Source: Octopus sinensis (Eukaryota). Taken from it: DNA of 64,000 bases. Location: positions 197,346,001-197,410,000 of the forward strand of contig NC_042997.1 in the NCBI RefSeq assembly GCF_006345805.1, written 5' to 3'. Shown one piece after another: positions 63,112-64,000 of the stretch. The position numbers were made by a program, and so were the translations under genes. A model generated the notes under the pieces. The model did not search any database and was not told the origin of the DNA. It worked only from the letters and a program-made list of their open reading frames with translations. How positions within the stretch are numbered: the first letter of the stretch is position 1; each line of letters begins with the position of its first letter.

Positions 63112-64000
63112 GTGTGTGTATGTGTGTGTATGTGTTTGTGTGTGTTTGTGTGTCTGTGTTTGTCCCCCTAGCATTGCTTGACAACTGATGCTGGTGTGTT
63201 TACGTCCCAGTCACTTAGCAGTTCGGCAAAAGAGACCGATAGAATAAGTACTGGGCTTACAAAGAAGAAGTCCCAGGGTCAATTTGCTTGACTAAAGGCA
63301 GTGCTCCAGCATGGCCGCAGTCAAATGACTGAAACAAGTAAAAGAGTAAAAGAGAGAGTATCATGAAATTTAAGTGCTATTTCCATAACTTTTACAAGAA
63401 AATGAAAGAGGAGAACAAAAAAAACAAAACAATTATGTACTGTGAGAGGAAATGCATATCAAACACATCAAATCTAATTAAACCTTTGATTAGATAAAAT
63501 ACTCGTTAATATATGACTGCTATGGACAAACCAGCTCTAAAGAAAATCTCTTTAGTAAACTGTCTGTGGTTCATATAATATCATCCTACACAACATATTG
63601 AGTTCTGTGTTTGAGAAGACCTGCTGAGTCAAGTGAAATTGCAGTCATGGCTGATGCCAGTGCCGCCTGACTGGCACCCGTGCTGGTGGCACATAAGCAC
63701 CATCTGAATGTGGTCGATGCCAGTGCCCCACCAACTGGTTCCCATGCCAGTGGGACATAAAAACCACCTTCTGAACATGGTCAAGTCAGTGCCCCCCGAC
63801 TGGCTCCCATGCCGGTGGGATGTATAAAGCACCTTCCAAACATGGTCAAACCAGTGCACCCCAACTGGCTCCCATGTTGATGGGACATAAATAGCACCTT
63901 CCAAACATGGTCGAAGCCAGTGCCTGGCTCCTGTGCTGGTGGCATGTAAAAAGCACCATCTGAACATGGTCAATGCCAGTGCCTCCCGTCTGGCTCCAGT

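Overview
AT-rich eukaryotic DNA, most likely an octopus/cephalopod genome. This is inferred from the SINE families, the dense TA/CA microsatellites and the RTE and Penelope content; it was not database-checked. The window lies mostly within the long introns of one unidentified minus-strand gene. About ten small candidate exons between ~61.5 kb and ~0.8 kb encode a coiled-coil, acidic, poly-Asn and Lys/Ser-Arg-rich protein, and a CpG-rich intronic segment at ~10.2-12.9 kb looks like an internal promoter. The introns are filled with tRNA-derived and RTE-tailed SINEs, RTE/CR1 LINE pieces, and hAT, Tc1, piggyBac-like, Harbinger-like, Kolobok-like and Helitron-like DNA elements, often nested. The standout features are two. 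(1) A near-intact Neptune-type Penelope-like element (RT + Cys linker + GIY-YIG) bounded by ~695-bp inverted repeats at 39.7-44.1 kb. (2) Four unrelated short non-coding elements next to (TA)n, three of them fold-backs, each carrying a minimal hammerhead-ribozyme motif (22.7, 44.4, 50.3, 51.8 kb). All complete motifs are antisense to the host gene, and the one sense-strand mirror copy has lost an A from GAAA. No CRISPR array, rRNA or true tRNA gene is supported.
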